The position numbers and the translations under genes are program-made. Shown piece after piece: positions 49,001 through 57,244 of a stretch of 64,000 bases of DNA. The stretch is from an uncultured Phycisphaerales bacterium (GTDB lineage Bacteria; Planctomycetota; Phycisphaerae; Phycisphaerales; SM1A02): contig CALKEP010000005.1 in the NCBI GenBank assembly GCA_938084645.1, positions 1 through 64,000 on the forward strand, read 5' to 3'. How positions within the stretch are numbered: position 1 is the stretch's first letter; each line of letters starts with the position of its first letter. The notes under the pieces were generated by a model. That model made no database searches. It had not been told where the DNA came from and saw only the letters and a program-made list of their open reading frames with translations.

Positions 49001-49481
49001 GGATCTCGACGTCGAGTTCCCGTGGCCCTGTTCCATCCCGCTCGACGGTCACGGTTCGGACGAATCCGGAAGCGTCGCTGAAGGACCACCACGCGCGGAC
49101 CGTGAGTCCGAGGGTCGGATTGCGTTCCTCGAACACGATCCGATCGCCCGACACCGACCGGGCGAGGTCACGGGTGACGCCCGGCGTCGGTCGAGTTGTG
49201 AAGGGCTCCCAGACCAGGTCGCCGACGCGGATGCCGGTCCACGGACCCGAGAAGGCGTGGACCCGATGGAGAAGGTCGTCGGTCCGGTAGGGAAAGAGGC
49301 AGTGGCCGCTGTCGACGCGACCCGCGCTCAGGCCGCCGTTCGAGGAGACGTAGAGCCAGTGTTCGGACGGGCTGACGACGGTGACGAGGAAGGGGGGCAT
49401 TCGGTCGACGTTCGGAACGCGGTAGCACGCGATGCCGTCGATCTCGCAGAGGCCTTCACGGTGGTCTGTTTCGGAGCGCAT
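46071..49481 (-). CDS. Probable GH149-type beta-1,3-glucan phosphorylase (GH94-related)
   Basis: 1136 aa, no signal peptide. Motifs HWLYVSSNGGLSAGR, RRHGDPSRPWN, YEGNWRDIFQNWEAL, GYWGDHQ, QRPEWNDANNAL, EMLEGQVA and DAYSHTP. Family assigned from recalled motifs, not a search. Confidence 0.7.
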   Translation of the reverse strand: MRSETDHREGLCEIDGIACYRVPNVDRMPPFLVTVVSPSEHWLYVSSNGGLSAGRVDSGHCLFPYRTDDLLHRVHAFSGPWTGIRVGDLVWEPFTTRPTPGVTRDLARSVSGDRIVFEERNPTLGLTVRAWWSFSDASGFVRTVTVERDGTGPRELDVEILDGLRELVAGGAELGVMQSMSCLVNAYTRAELLDGSDLATVTMESALVDRAEPAESLRSTTVWSTGLPDATVSLDSDSIDAFIRGETVEATSILRGRAAAYLVHARLVLGTNETSTWSVVADVHRTQAEVAGIRRRLTGDEDLAASLTREIADSTRAIDAILVDTDGIQRTGDPILDAHHRTNTLFNDMRGGVFTDGVDLPWGDWAEFCRHRNADVALRHRAWLDARAADAVIDRRTLVEEAAAFDDPSLERIAWEYLPVWFGRRHGDPSRPWNAFNIRVKHADGSRRLTYEGNWRDIFQNWEALTFSNPGWIDHVIAKFVNASTPDGFNPYRITREGIDWEAPEPDNPWSNIGYWGDHQIGYLTRLLELSNRLDPDHLATWLDRPIFSHADVPYRLADHASLVDDPRNTITFDQEAHATAIARADRLGADGRLVHDDAGVVHVTLAEKLLIPVLSKLSSFIPDGGVWMNTQRPEWNDANNALAGYGLSMVTASYLRRHLALLADLFRGHEGSLAVTDRVLDWFREVGKVLVDNAPLLDDPSIGDLERRRIVDTLGLAFERYRHRLQGPATVDATTGEELAAACETALRWLDHAIAANRRADGLYHGYNLVSFDDRTATVHHLPEMLEGQVAVLSAGVLDPEEAATLLETLFTSPLHRTDHDTFLLYPVREIPPLIEKGVIDAASVAGNPLIAGLVASGDRRLVERDGDGTVRFATDLRNRRDLESILEELAREKTHAGSVKSHGVAAIDLYERIFDHHRFTGRSGGMYGYEGIGCTYWHMVAKLLVAAGECVEHAEDVSAPESVRSRLHDAYHRVRDGLGFRRPAAAFGALPIDAYSHTPGDRGAQQPGMTGQVKEELITRRMELGIRLDDGGIRFTPTLLLDDEWLDVADEWAIPAGDHAAARTVDLPSDGLGFQLCGIPVIYRRGTGSSRITLVDRDGERRIIEGDRIDGPEARPIFDRKASIERIEIDVASA

Positions 49482-49588
49482 CTTCGAGGTCCGGGGGCGG
49501 GTCGGGGAAGTTCCGGAGTGTATCAGCGGCCTCCCGCGAATCGATGCGCCTTCCTTTCCCGGAGCTTCGCCTCCTCGATTCGCTCCGG

Positions 49589-50644
49589 TCAGGGAACGAG
49601 CCGGACGCGGGCACCGTCGACGGAGGCCGAACTCATGATCGCGTCGACGATCCGCTGGGTCTCGTGGGATCGCTGGCCCCAGATCGGCTCCAGTGGACGG
49701 GCGCCTCGGGCGAGGTCGGAGAATCGTCGGATCATCTCCACCTCCTGCACGCAGTCCTCGATGGAGATTCGCTCGAGCCTTCGTTCGTGGACCAGGTCCT
49801 GTTCGGTGAGCTGGGACTCGGTCTCGAGCTGGATCACGGCTTCGGTCGGACTTCCGATCACGAAGTCGTCCATCCGCATCGATCCTTCGGGCCCGCAGAT
49901 CTCCACCCATTGCGCGAGCGGATGCACGAAGGAGCACTGGATGAACGCATGCCGCACGCCGTCGCGGCCCGGGAAGTCCAGTTCGGCGGAGGAGTGGATC
50001 GGGATCGCGCCGTGCATTCGATGGTGACGGGCCCGCACCGAATCCGGCATCGCGCCCATGACCTCGAGCGCGATCCGAATGCAGTACCAGCCGAGATCGC
50101 CCACGCAGCCCAGCGGCTCCGTGTCCACGTCGCCGCGAATGTTGTTCTCGAAGAACGCCGCATCGCCCCGGAAACTGAATCGACTGGTCACGAGGTCCGG
50201 TTCCGGACCGAGGCGGTCCAGCGTCGATTCCACGCGTCGCATGCGCTCGTGGTGCATGAACATGAGGCCGTCCATGAACTGGACGCCCGCGTCGCGGCAC
50301 GTTTCGATCATCACCTCCACGTCCGACGCGTTGGCGGCGACGGGCTTCTCGCACAGGACGTGCTTGCCGGCCTCCGCGGCTCGGATCGTCCACTCCCGGT
50401 GAAGGGTGGTCGGGAGTGGGATGTAGACCGCGTCGACCTCCGGATCCTCGAGCAGCGCCTCGTAGCCGTCGTGGGCGCGGTCGAGTCCGTGTTCCGCCCG
50501 GAACGCTTCCGCCTTCGATCGGGACCGGCTTGCGATCGCGAACGGCGTGGCGTTGTCCGCGAGGTGCATCGCGCGGACGTTCTTCCGTGCGATGGAGGCG
50601 GCGCCGAGAATCCCCCAGCGACAGGATGAGGCGACGTCGGTCAT
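49589..50644 (-). CDS. Gfo/Idh/MocA family oxidoreductase
   Basis: WGILGAASIA, DAVYIPLPT..H, AGKHVLCEKP and GCVGDLGWY motifs. Confidence 0.92.
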   Translation of the reverse strand: MTDVASSCRWGILGAASIARKNVRAMHLADNATPFAIASRSRSKAEAFRAEHGLDRAHDGYEALLEDPEVDAVYIPLPTTLHREWTIRAAEAGKHVLCEKPVAANASDVEVMIETCRDAGVQFMDGLMFMHHERMRRVESTLDRLGPEPDLVTSRFSFRGDAAFFENNIRGDVDTEPLGCVGDLGWYCIRIALEVMGAMPDSVRARHHRMHGAIPIHSSAELDFPGRDGVRHAFIQCSFVHPLAQWVEICGPEGSMRMDDFVIGSPTEAVIQLETESQLTEQDLVHERRLERISIEDCVQEVEMIRRFSDLARGARPLEPIWGQRSHETQRIVDAIMSSASVDGARVRLVP

Positions 50645-50758
50645 GCGTCGGACTCCCGGTGAGGATCGAAATCCGGACGGGGCGGACGATCCGCCCCTCG
50701 GTCCCGCCGCAGCGTATCGAATCAGATCGATCTCGAGCAGTCCTCGATCAATCGATGT

Positions 50759-51877
50759 TCATTCGACGGCCACGATCCGCATTCGGTCGATTTCGACGAC
50801 CCGACTCGCATCGTCCGCGTCGGACGTCTTCGGCGGGACTTCGACCAGCGTCGCGTCCAGGCGCATCGGCCGTCGCAGATCGACCTGAAGCCGGCCGCGT
50901 CCGTCCCCCTCGAGCCGATCGTCACCACGGCCGGCGTCGAGGGCCCTGCGGGTGTATTCGACGGAGAGCACGGCCGTCTCGGCGACACCCGTGGCCGACA
51001 CCGCGGCTTCGTCGACCCCGTCGAGGGTCCACGTCATCACCGTCTCGATCGTGCGGCGCTGGACGAGCGTGGTCCATCGGGCGGTCCAACTGGCGCCGAC
51101 GCCCACTGGTCGATCCGGCAGCAGGGGTTCCGCGAGTCGCATCACAGACAGCAACCGTTCGACCTCGTAGTTCACGCGCGGGTTGGCCTGCTCGAGCTGG
51201 ATGAGGCCGGAACCGGGAACGATGCCGGCGGTCGTGAACCGCTGCGCGATCGACGCGCCCGCGGTGCGGGACGCGGCGTCGTCCTGGATCCGGGCGAGTT
51301 GTCGACTGCGTTCGAGGTTGGCCACGAAACGCGGCCGGTCGGTGGTTTGGTCCGTCGGGGCGGCGTCGGGCGGGACGCCGGCGGTCGATCCGTCATCGTC
51401 CTTCGACTCCCTGGAGACATCCGCATCCGTCACGGTCGATGCGTCGGAGATCGGCTCGCGGCTCGGTTCGGGTTCGACGCCGTGCAGACGAACGGCACCG
51501 TTCAGCACCCGCCACTGCGCCACGGGCGCTCCTCCACCAGTGACCGTGCGCAGCGATCCCTGCACGGTCCAGAGATATTCGAGGGGAGGCCGCTTCGTCG
51601 TGGTCATGGCCGCTTCCGGCGTGTCCGCCAGAAGTCGGCCGTTCTGCAGGCTGGAGAGCACGTTGCGGGAGCTGACCATGATCGTGCTGATCGAGGGTTC
51701 CGCGGGACGCCAGCGAAGCAGGACGAGCGTTCCCTCGCCCGGTTCGGTGATCTCGATCATCGGGACCCGCGTCCGATCCTCCGGAGCCGCCTGGCCCGCG
51801 GCCGTGGCGGTGATCGGGACCAGCGAGCACAGGAGGCCTGCGTGGACCGTGAATCGACGAAGTACGGATCTGATCAT
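50759..51877 (-). CDS. Hypothetical exported protein
   Basis: Signal-peptide-like N-terminus, EPGEG..LLRW and LPDRPVGVGASW motifs. Start uncertain. Confidence 0.6.
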   Translation of the reverse strand: MIRSVLRRFTVHAGLLCSLVPITATAAGQAAPEDRTRVPMIEITEPGEGTLVLLRWRPAEPSISTIMVSSRNVLSSLQNGRLLADTPEAAMTTTKRPPLEYLWTVQGSLRTVTGGGAPVAQWRVLNGAVRLHGVEPEPSREPISDASTVTDADVSRESKDDDGSTAGVPPDAAPTDQTTDRPRFVANLERSRQLARIQDDAASRTAGASIAQRFTTAGIVPGSGLIQLEQANPRVNYEVERLLSVMRLAEPLLPDRPVGVGASWTARWTTLVQRRTIETVMTWTLDGVDEAAVSATGVAETAVLSVEYTRRALDAGRGDDRLEGDGRGRLQVDLRRPMRLDATLVEVPPKTSDADDASRVVEIDRMRIVAVE

Positions 51878-51960
51878 GCAGGGAGGATGAACGATTCGCG
51901 GTGGCGGCACAAGGGAGCAAGGCTCGATTCCCTCGAATCCTCTCGCCGCAGGGGATGACG

Positions 51961-52644
51961 TCAGAACGGCGGTTCGGAGCGGAACGTGGCCGGAGATCCG
52001 TCGGCGGGATGGACGATCGACAACCTCGAGGCGTGGAGACAGAGCCGGTTCGTCGCGGTGCGCAGTGGATCCGGTGCGTAGAGGTCGTCACCGAGAATCG
52101 GATGCCCGATCGACTTGAGATGAAGCCGAAGCTGGTGACTGCGTCCGGTCCGGGGCTCGAGCTCCAAGCGAGTGACGGCGGCTCGCGGATCCGCATCCGT
52201 GGAGGCGAGTCGTTCGTCGAGATCGCCCAGCACGCCGCGGCTGGTCACCCGCCATCGAGTGAGGCTCGGCTTTCCATGCTCGAAGTCGACGATCTGCCGA
52301 GGCGGATCGTCGAGGTCCTTGCGAATCGGAAGATCGATCGTGCCCGTGTCCTCGGTCGGAAGGCCGCCCACCATCGCGTGATAGGTCTTCTCCGTCTCCC
52401 GGTCCTGAAACTGCCGACTGAGCTCGCGGTGGCATTCGGCATCGAGCGCCATCACGATCACGCCGCTCGTGTCCCGATCGAGGCGATGGACGATCCTCGC
52501 CTCCGGATGCACCGACTTGACGCGACTCGCCAGGCAATCCGCCTTTTCGGGCCCGATTCCCGGGACCGAGAGCAGGCCCGTCGGCTTGTCGAGCACGATC
52601 ATCCGTTCGTCGAGGTGGATCACGGTCGGCAGCACGGGAATCAC
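51961..52644 (-). CDS. rluA: RluA family pseudouridine synthase
   Basis: DKPTGLLSVPG, catalytic VHRLDRDTSG, TGRSHQLR, GHPILGDDLY and LHA motifs. No S4 domain. Confidence 0.9.
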   Translation of the reverse strand: MIPVLPTVIHLDERMIVLDKPTGLLSVPGIGPEKADCLASRVKSVHPEARIVHRLDRDTSGVIVMALDAECHRELSRQFQDRETEKTYHAMVGGLPTEDTGTIDLPIRKDLDDPPRQIVDFEHGKPSLTRWRVTSRGVLGDLDERLASTDADPRAAVTRLELEPRTGRSHQLRLHLKSIGHPILGDDLYAPDPLRTATNRLCLHASRLSIVHPADGSPATFRSEPPF

Positions 52645-52785
52645 CGGTTTGAGAGGGAAGAGGGGCGATCAGGGGAATCAGCGGCAGGGGACCGATAGAC
52701 TACGGACTTCGATTCAAGCCCGCGTGATCGTGCTGCGATCACCCGGATCCATCCGACCCTCGGCCGCTCCGGAGCCTTCAGCGTC

Positions 52786-54006
52786 ATGACGTCACATGCC
52801 CTCGCTTTTCCGACCGCAGCGTCGGGCCTTCTCCTCGCCGCGTCGATCGTGCAGGCCGCGCCACCGTCGCCGGGAACGTCGACCGACTGGAGCGTCGACG
52901 AGGCATCGATTCTCGTCGATCCCGTCCAGCTCACCTTCAACGACCGGTTCGTCAAGGCGGGTGAGTCCTACTTCTCGCCCGACGGGAAGCGTGTGATCTT
53001 CCAGGCGGTGGAGCAGACGTCCGGAACGCCACCCGAGGACTTCTACGCGATGTTCGTGGCGGACATCGTCCGAGATGATTCCGGAAGGACACGGTCGCTC
53101 GAGAACATCCGCAGGATCTCGCCGGAAGGATCGGCGAACACCTGCGGCTGGTTTCATCCCGTGGATCCCGACATCGTGATCTTCGGCACCACCCTCGAGC
53201 CGCCCTCGGACGAGACGCCGCCGGGATACCAGCGGGGGAGTGGACGGTACCGATGGCAGTTCCCGCCCGAGATGCGGATCGTGGCCACCGATCTCAGCGT
53301 CAACGACGGCACCGTGGACACCCTTGATCAGCTGGTGGGCGACGGTACCAACTACGTCGCGGAGGGCAGCTTCTCCCCGGACGGGCGTCATCTGCTCTAC
53401 ACCTCGCTCGAAGCCGGTCAGGGCGACATCTTCGTGAAGGATCTCGCCACCGGAATCACCGTGCACCTCGTCGCGGCCCCGGGATACGACGGCGGCCCGT
53501 TCTTCTCCCCCGACGGACGGCGCATCGCGTATCGGAGCGACCGGCACGCCAACAACCTCCTGCAGGTCTTCGTCGCGGACCTCGACTTCGACGACTCCGG
53601 AACGATCGTCGGCATCGAGCGGGAGATCCAGGTCACCGACGACGGCCACGTGAACTGGTGCCCATTCTGGCATCCCGACGGACGGCACCTCGTCTTCGCG
53701 ACCAGCGCGGTGGGACACCGGAACTACGAAGTGTTCCAGGTCGATGCCGCGGGCGATTCGACGGCTTCCCCGCCGTCGATGAAGTACGGCACCGGTCTTC
53801 GTCGCGTCACCTTCGGCCCCGGCGCCGACGTGCTGCCCGCGTTCGACGCCGACGGCACCGAGATGATCTGGACCAGCAAGCGAGGGCCCACCGACACGAG
53901 CCAGCTCTGGGTGGCGGGTTTCGCGGCGGATCTCGCCTCACCGAGTGCCGGGACTCCCGGTGGATCGGGTCGTCCCGAGCCGCGGAAGGAGACCGCGCAA
54001 CCGTGA
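52786..54006 (+). CDS. TolB-like PD40 beta-propeller periplasmic protein
   Basis: Signal peptide and repeats YFSPDGKRVIF, FSPDGRHLLY, FFSPDGRRIAY and FWHPDGRHLVF. Confidence 0.85.
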   Translation: MTSHALAFPTAASGLLLAASIVQAAPPSPGTSTDWSVDEASILVDPVQLTFNDRFVKAGESYFSPDGKRVIFQAVEQTSGTPPEDFYAMFVADIVRDDSGRTRSLENIRRISPEGSANTCGWFHPVDPDIVIFGTTLEPPSDETPPGYQRGSGRYRWQFPPEMRIVATDLSVNDGTVDTLDQLVGDGTNYVAEGSFSPDGRHLLYTSLEAGQGDIFVKDLATGITVHLVAAPGYDGGPFFSPDGRRIAYRSDRHANNLLQVFVADLDFDDSGTIVGIEREIQVTDDGHVNWCPFWHPDGRHLVFATSAVGHRNYEVFQVDAAGDSTASPPSMKYGTGLRRVTFGPGADVLPAFDADGTEMIWTSKRGPTDTSQLWVAGFAADLASPSAGTPGGSGRPEPRKETAQP

Positions 54007-55712
54007 TCGACTCGACGCCGTCTCCGATCGACGATCGCCGGTACCTGGTGCCGTTCAGATCCGCACTGCTTCCGCAGCTCTTCGCGGACGTGCTGGTGAT
54101 CGGAAGCGGCGCCGCGGGACTCCGGGCCGCGACGGTGGCGGCGGAGGCCGGGCGTGACGTGGTGGTGCTGTCGAATCGCGAGGCGACACTGTCGTCCACC
54201 GCGTGGGCGCAGGGCGGGATCGCCGCGGCGATGGATGCCGCCGATCATCCGGAGGCGCATGCCCGCGACACGATCGAGGCCGGCGCGGGGCTCTGCGACG
54301 AACCTCGCGTTCGACTGCTCTGCGACGGTGCGCCGGACGAGATGGACCGACTCCTCGAGTGGGGAATGCGTTTCGACCGGGAATCCGACGGTGGACTCAG
54401 CCTCGGCCGCGAAGGCGGTCATCGCCACAATCGAATCCTGCACACCGACGGCGCGGCCACCGGGCAGGCGCTCTCCGCGTGTCTGCTCGCCAAGGCGAGG
54501 TCGTTCGAGAATCTCCGCATCTTCGAGTCCTGCACCGCGATCGATCTGCTCACCGCGGACGAAGCGCCCGGCGCGCCGGTGACCGGCGTGCTCACGCATC
54601 ATCCACGACACGGGCTCCAGGTGATCTGGGCCGCGTCGGTGGTCCTGGCCGGCGGCGGGGCGGGGCGGCTCTTTCGAGAGACGACGAACCCCTCCACCGC
54701 GACCGGTGAAGCGATGGCGATGGCCTTCCGGGCCGGTGCCCTCGTCGCGGACGCCGAGTTCGTCCAGTTCCATCCGACCACGCTCTACGTGGCGGGCTCG
54801 GGTCGCGCCCTCATGAGTGAAGCGGTGCGCGGCGAAGGCGGCCGTCTGCTCGACCGGCGAGGGGTGCCGATCATGGACGGGGTGCATGAACTCGGCGATC
54901 TGGCCCCGCGTGACGTGGTCACCGCCCAGATCGCGAAGGTCCTCGCCGAGACCGGAGATCCGTGCGTCTATCTCGACGCGACGCGACTCGAAGGGGGGCT
55001 CGCCGCCCGATTCCCCACCCTGGCGGCATCGCTGGCGGAATTCGAGATCGATCCCGACACCACGCCGATCCCCGTTCATCCCGCGGCGCACTACACGATC
55101 GGCGGGGTCGCGACCGACGAGGACGGCGCGACCTCGGTCCCCGGGCTCTTCGCCTGCGGGGAAGTGACCGCGACCGGCGTCCACGGGGCGAATCGTCTCG
55201 CCAGCAACTCCCTGCTCGAGGGACTCGTGTTCGGAGCCCGGGCCGGTGCCGCCGCCGCCGCCACCGAGGATTCGGGACGTCGGCCGCGACTGGTGGCGGA
55301 GGCGCCGCAGGGCCGGGCCGGGGAACTCGATCTGGTCGACGTGCGGGCGAGCCTTCGAAGCGCGATGTGGCGGAACGTGGGCATCGAACGCGATGGTGGC
55401 AAACTCGGCGATGCGCTCGAGATGATCGACTTCTGGGGTCGGTACTGCCTCGACAAGACCTTCGACGATCCCGACGGCTGGCGGATGCAGGGAATGCTCG
55501 CGGCGGCCCGGTTGATCGTTCGTGGCGCGATGGTGCGTACGGAGTCGCGCGGCACCCATCGCCGCTCCGATCATCCCGGCCGAAACGCCGGCTTCGAGGT
55601 CCGTTTCGCGTGGCGACGGGGTCGGGTCGATCCCGAAGTGCTTCCGGTGGCGAGACTGGCCGCCGACGAATCGGACGTCAATCCCGTCGGCGATCGCGTG
55701 GTGGGCGGATGA
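54003..55712 (+). CDS. nadB: L-aspartate oxidase
   Basis: VIGSGAAG, AQGGIAA, REGGH..RILH, EFVQFHPT, SEAVRGEGG, LAPRDVV, HYTIGG and GVHGANRLASNSLLEG. GTGA overlap with the upstream gene. Confidence 0.93.
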   Translation: MIDSTPSPIDDRRYLVPFRSALLPQLFADVLVIGSGAAGLRAATVAAEAGRDVVVLSNREATLSSTAWAQGGIAAAMDAADHPEAHARDTIEAGAGLCDEPRVRLLCDGAPDEMDRLLEWGMRFDRESDGGLSLGREGGHRHNRILHTDGAATGQALSACLLAKARSFENLRIFESCTAIDLLTADEAPGAPVTGVLTHHPRHGLQVIWAASVVLAGGGAGRLFRETTNPSTATGEAMAMAFRAGALVADAEFVQFHPTTLYVAGSGRALMSEAVRGEGGRLLDRRGVPIMDGVHELGDLAPRDVVTAQIAKVLAETGDPCVYLDATRLEGGLAARFPTLAASLAEFEIDPDTTPIPVHPAAHYTIGGVATDEDGATSVPGLFACGEVTATGVHGANRLASNSLLEGLVFGARAGAAAAATEDSGRRPRLVAEAPQGRAGELDLVDVRASLRSAMWRNVGIERDGGKLGDALEMIDFWGRYCLDKTFDDPDGWRMQGMLAAARLIVRGAMVRTESRGTHRRSDHPGRNAGFEVRFAWRRGRVDPEVLPVARLAADESDVNPVGDRVVGG

Positions 55713-56455
55713 GTCGTCGCCCGCACGTACCAGGTCGGGCATGGTTCGCGGCGGCGATCTTCGGATCGTCGATGGCCGGCTCGGGATGCGAGACCGTCGT
55801 CACCGAGTATCACAAGCGCCCGAGCTTCTACCGGATGGCCAGCGACAAGGAACTGGTCGACGAGTACGTCGACGCCCGCGGTCATCGGGTGGTGTTCGTC
55901 GAGGACGGCCCGTTGCCCGAGGAACAGCGCCGGATCGACGAAGCCGCCCTCGCCCGCGAGGAGGCCAAGCGCCTCGAACGGGCTCGCATCAGGTCGGAGG
56001 CCATCCGGGCGGGCAAGCCGATTCCCCCCGAGGGTCTCGAGCCGGAGGAGCCTCAGGCCTTCATGGCGAGAGAGGTGCTCGACGACGGTTCCGTGGTGAT
56101 GCGGGCGCTGCTCCCCGATCACGTGCTGGCCAACACCATGACGTCGCTTCGAAACCAGGAGTACGTCCAGCTCTGGGAGCAGGTGGTCGCGGAGTCGACC
56201 AAGCGGCAGTACGCGGCCGAGGGCATGGGCGTCGAGGACTTCGTGCGGTACTGCACCAAGAACCGATCCGAACTCATGATGACCTTGAACCGGATGAGCT
56301 TCGGTTACTACGGCGGTTCGGACGTGGTGCTGGATCGACTTCCGGATCTCTCGGTCCGGATGCGGTTCTCGAACAAGATCGCGTCGCAGTTCAAGTTCCG
56401 CGAGATCTACGTGGTGCAGGAGCGGGACGGCCTGAAGCTCGCCGGCATCAGATGA
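55709..56455 (+). CDS. Hypothetical putative lipoprotein
   Basis: N-terminal hydrophobic segment ending in AGSG-C, coding-like codon usage and an ATGA overlap with nadB. Confidence 0.7.
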   Translation: MSRRPHVPGRAWFAAAIFGSSMAGSGCETVVTEYHKRPSFYRMASDKELVDEYVDARGHRVVFVEDGPLPEEQRRIDEAALAREEAKRLERARIRSEAIRAGKPIPPEGLEPEEPQAFMAREVLDDGSVVMRALLPDHVLANTMTSLRNQEYVQLWEQVVAESTKRQYAAEGMGVEDFVRYCTKNRSELMMTLNRMSFGYYGGSDVVLDRLPDLSVRMRFSNKIASQFKFREIYVVQERDGLKLAGIR

Positions 56456-56495
56456 CGCTCGATTGAACGCGTGTCGCGTGGCGTCGCCGCCGGTC

Positions 56496-56984
56496 TCACG
56501 GGGCCGTCGATCCGAACGCCGGCGCGGTCAGGTGCCGAAGGCCTGACTCCAGATGGCGATACAGCCCGACGAAGACGCGGGATGCCAGCGTTCGGCCGTT
56601 CCTGCGTTCCGCCCGATCGACGGCGGGAGGACGGTCGAACCTGACGGAGAACTCGGGTGAGGAGCCGGTCGCGTCGGGCCGGCCCATGCGGACGACCCCG
56701 GGCCACTGGAATCCGGTCACGGCCGCGGGCTCCCGGACGGATTCGCGGGGCTGCAGATCGATGTCCGCCGAAGCGGGCTCGGTGATCCGGAAGGTTCGAC
56801 CGTCGATCGTCTCTCGACTCGGGGCCGGCTCATCCAACGCCGCGATCGCGATTCTCGCGGCGGGGGTCGTCGCCAGGAATGCCACCGCGAGGACGATCGC
56901 ACCAATGACCGCCGAGGACCTCGAGGCCCAGGTCGGAATGCGGGATTCCGCATCGCCTGATCTGATGGTGTCGTTCGTGGTCAT
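56496..56984 (-). CDS. Hypothetical single-pass membrane protein
   Basis: One TM segment (AVIGAIVLAVAFLA). Fills the gap between convergent genes; no recognisable motif. Confidence 0.5.
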   Translation of the reverse strand: MTTNDTIRSGDAESRIPTWASRSSAVIGAIVLAVAFLATTPAARIAIAALDEPAPSRETIDGRTFRITEPASADIDLQPRESVREPAAVTGFQWPGVVRMGRPDATGSSPEFSVRFDRPPAVDRAERRNGRTLASRVFVGLYRHLESGLRHLTAPAFGSTAP

Positions 56985-57184
56985 GGTGGTCGGTCCCTGA
57001 GAGCAAGTCGTTTCGTGGCAGTCTCTTTCTCCGATTCGCCGGAATCCGGTTTCTTCAATTCGCGGCCGGAAACGGGAATGGGGTGAACACCCACCCGAAG
57101 GATCCGCCGGTTCCCCGGGTGGAACGCGACGCATCCACGTTCATTGCAGGCCGATCGCCGATCGGACGACGCGACCGCATGACG

Positions 57185-57216
57185 AAAAGGCGGAGCGTCC
57201 GAGTGGACGCTCCGCC
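57185..57216 (-). terminator. Intrinsic terminator downstream of clpC
   Basis: Perfect 12-bp stem GGCGGAGCGTCC/GGACGCTCCGCC with a 4-nt loop, followed by TTTT on the minus strand, 28 bp after the clpC stop. Confidence 0.8.
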
Positions 57217-57244
57217 GATGGCTTTCTGAATGTCGATCCCCGGG

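Noticed and set aside
49482..50393. N-terminal 300-aa extension of the 1440-aa ORF
   Set aside because: It overlaps the Gfo/Idh/MocA gene in another frame and is Arg/Pro-rich noise. The real start is about 49481.
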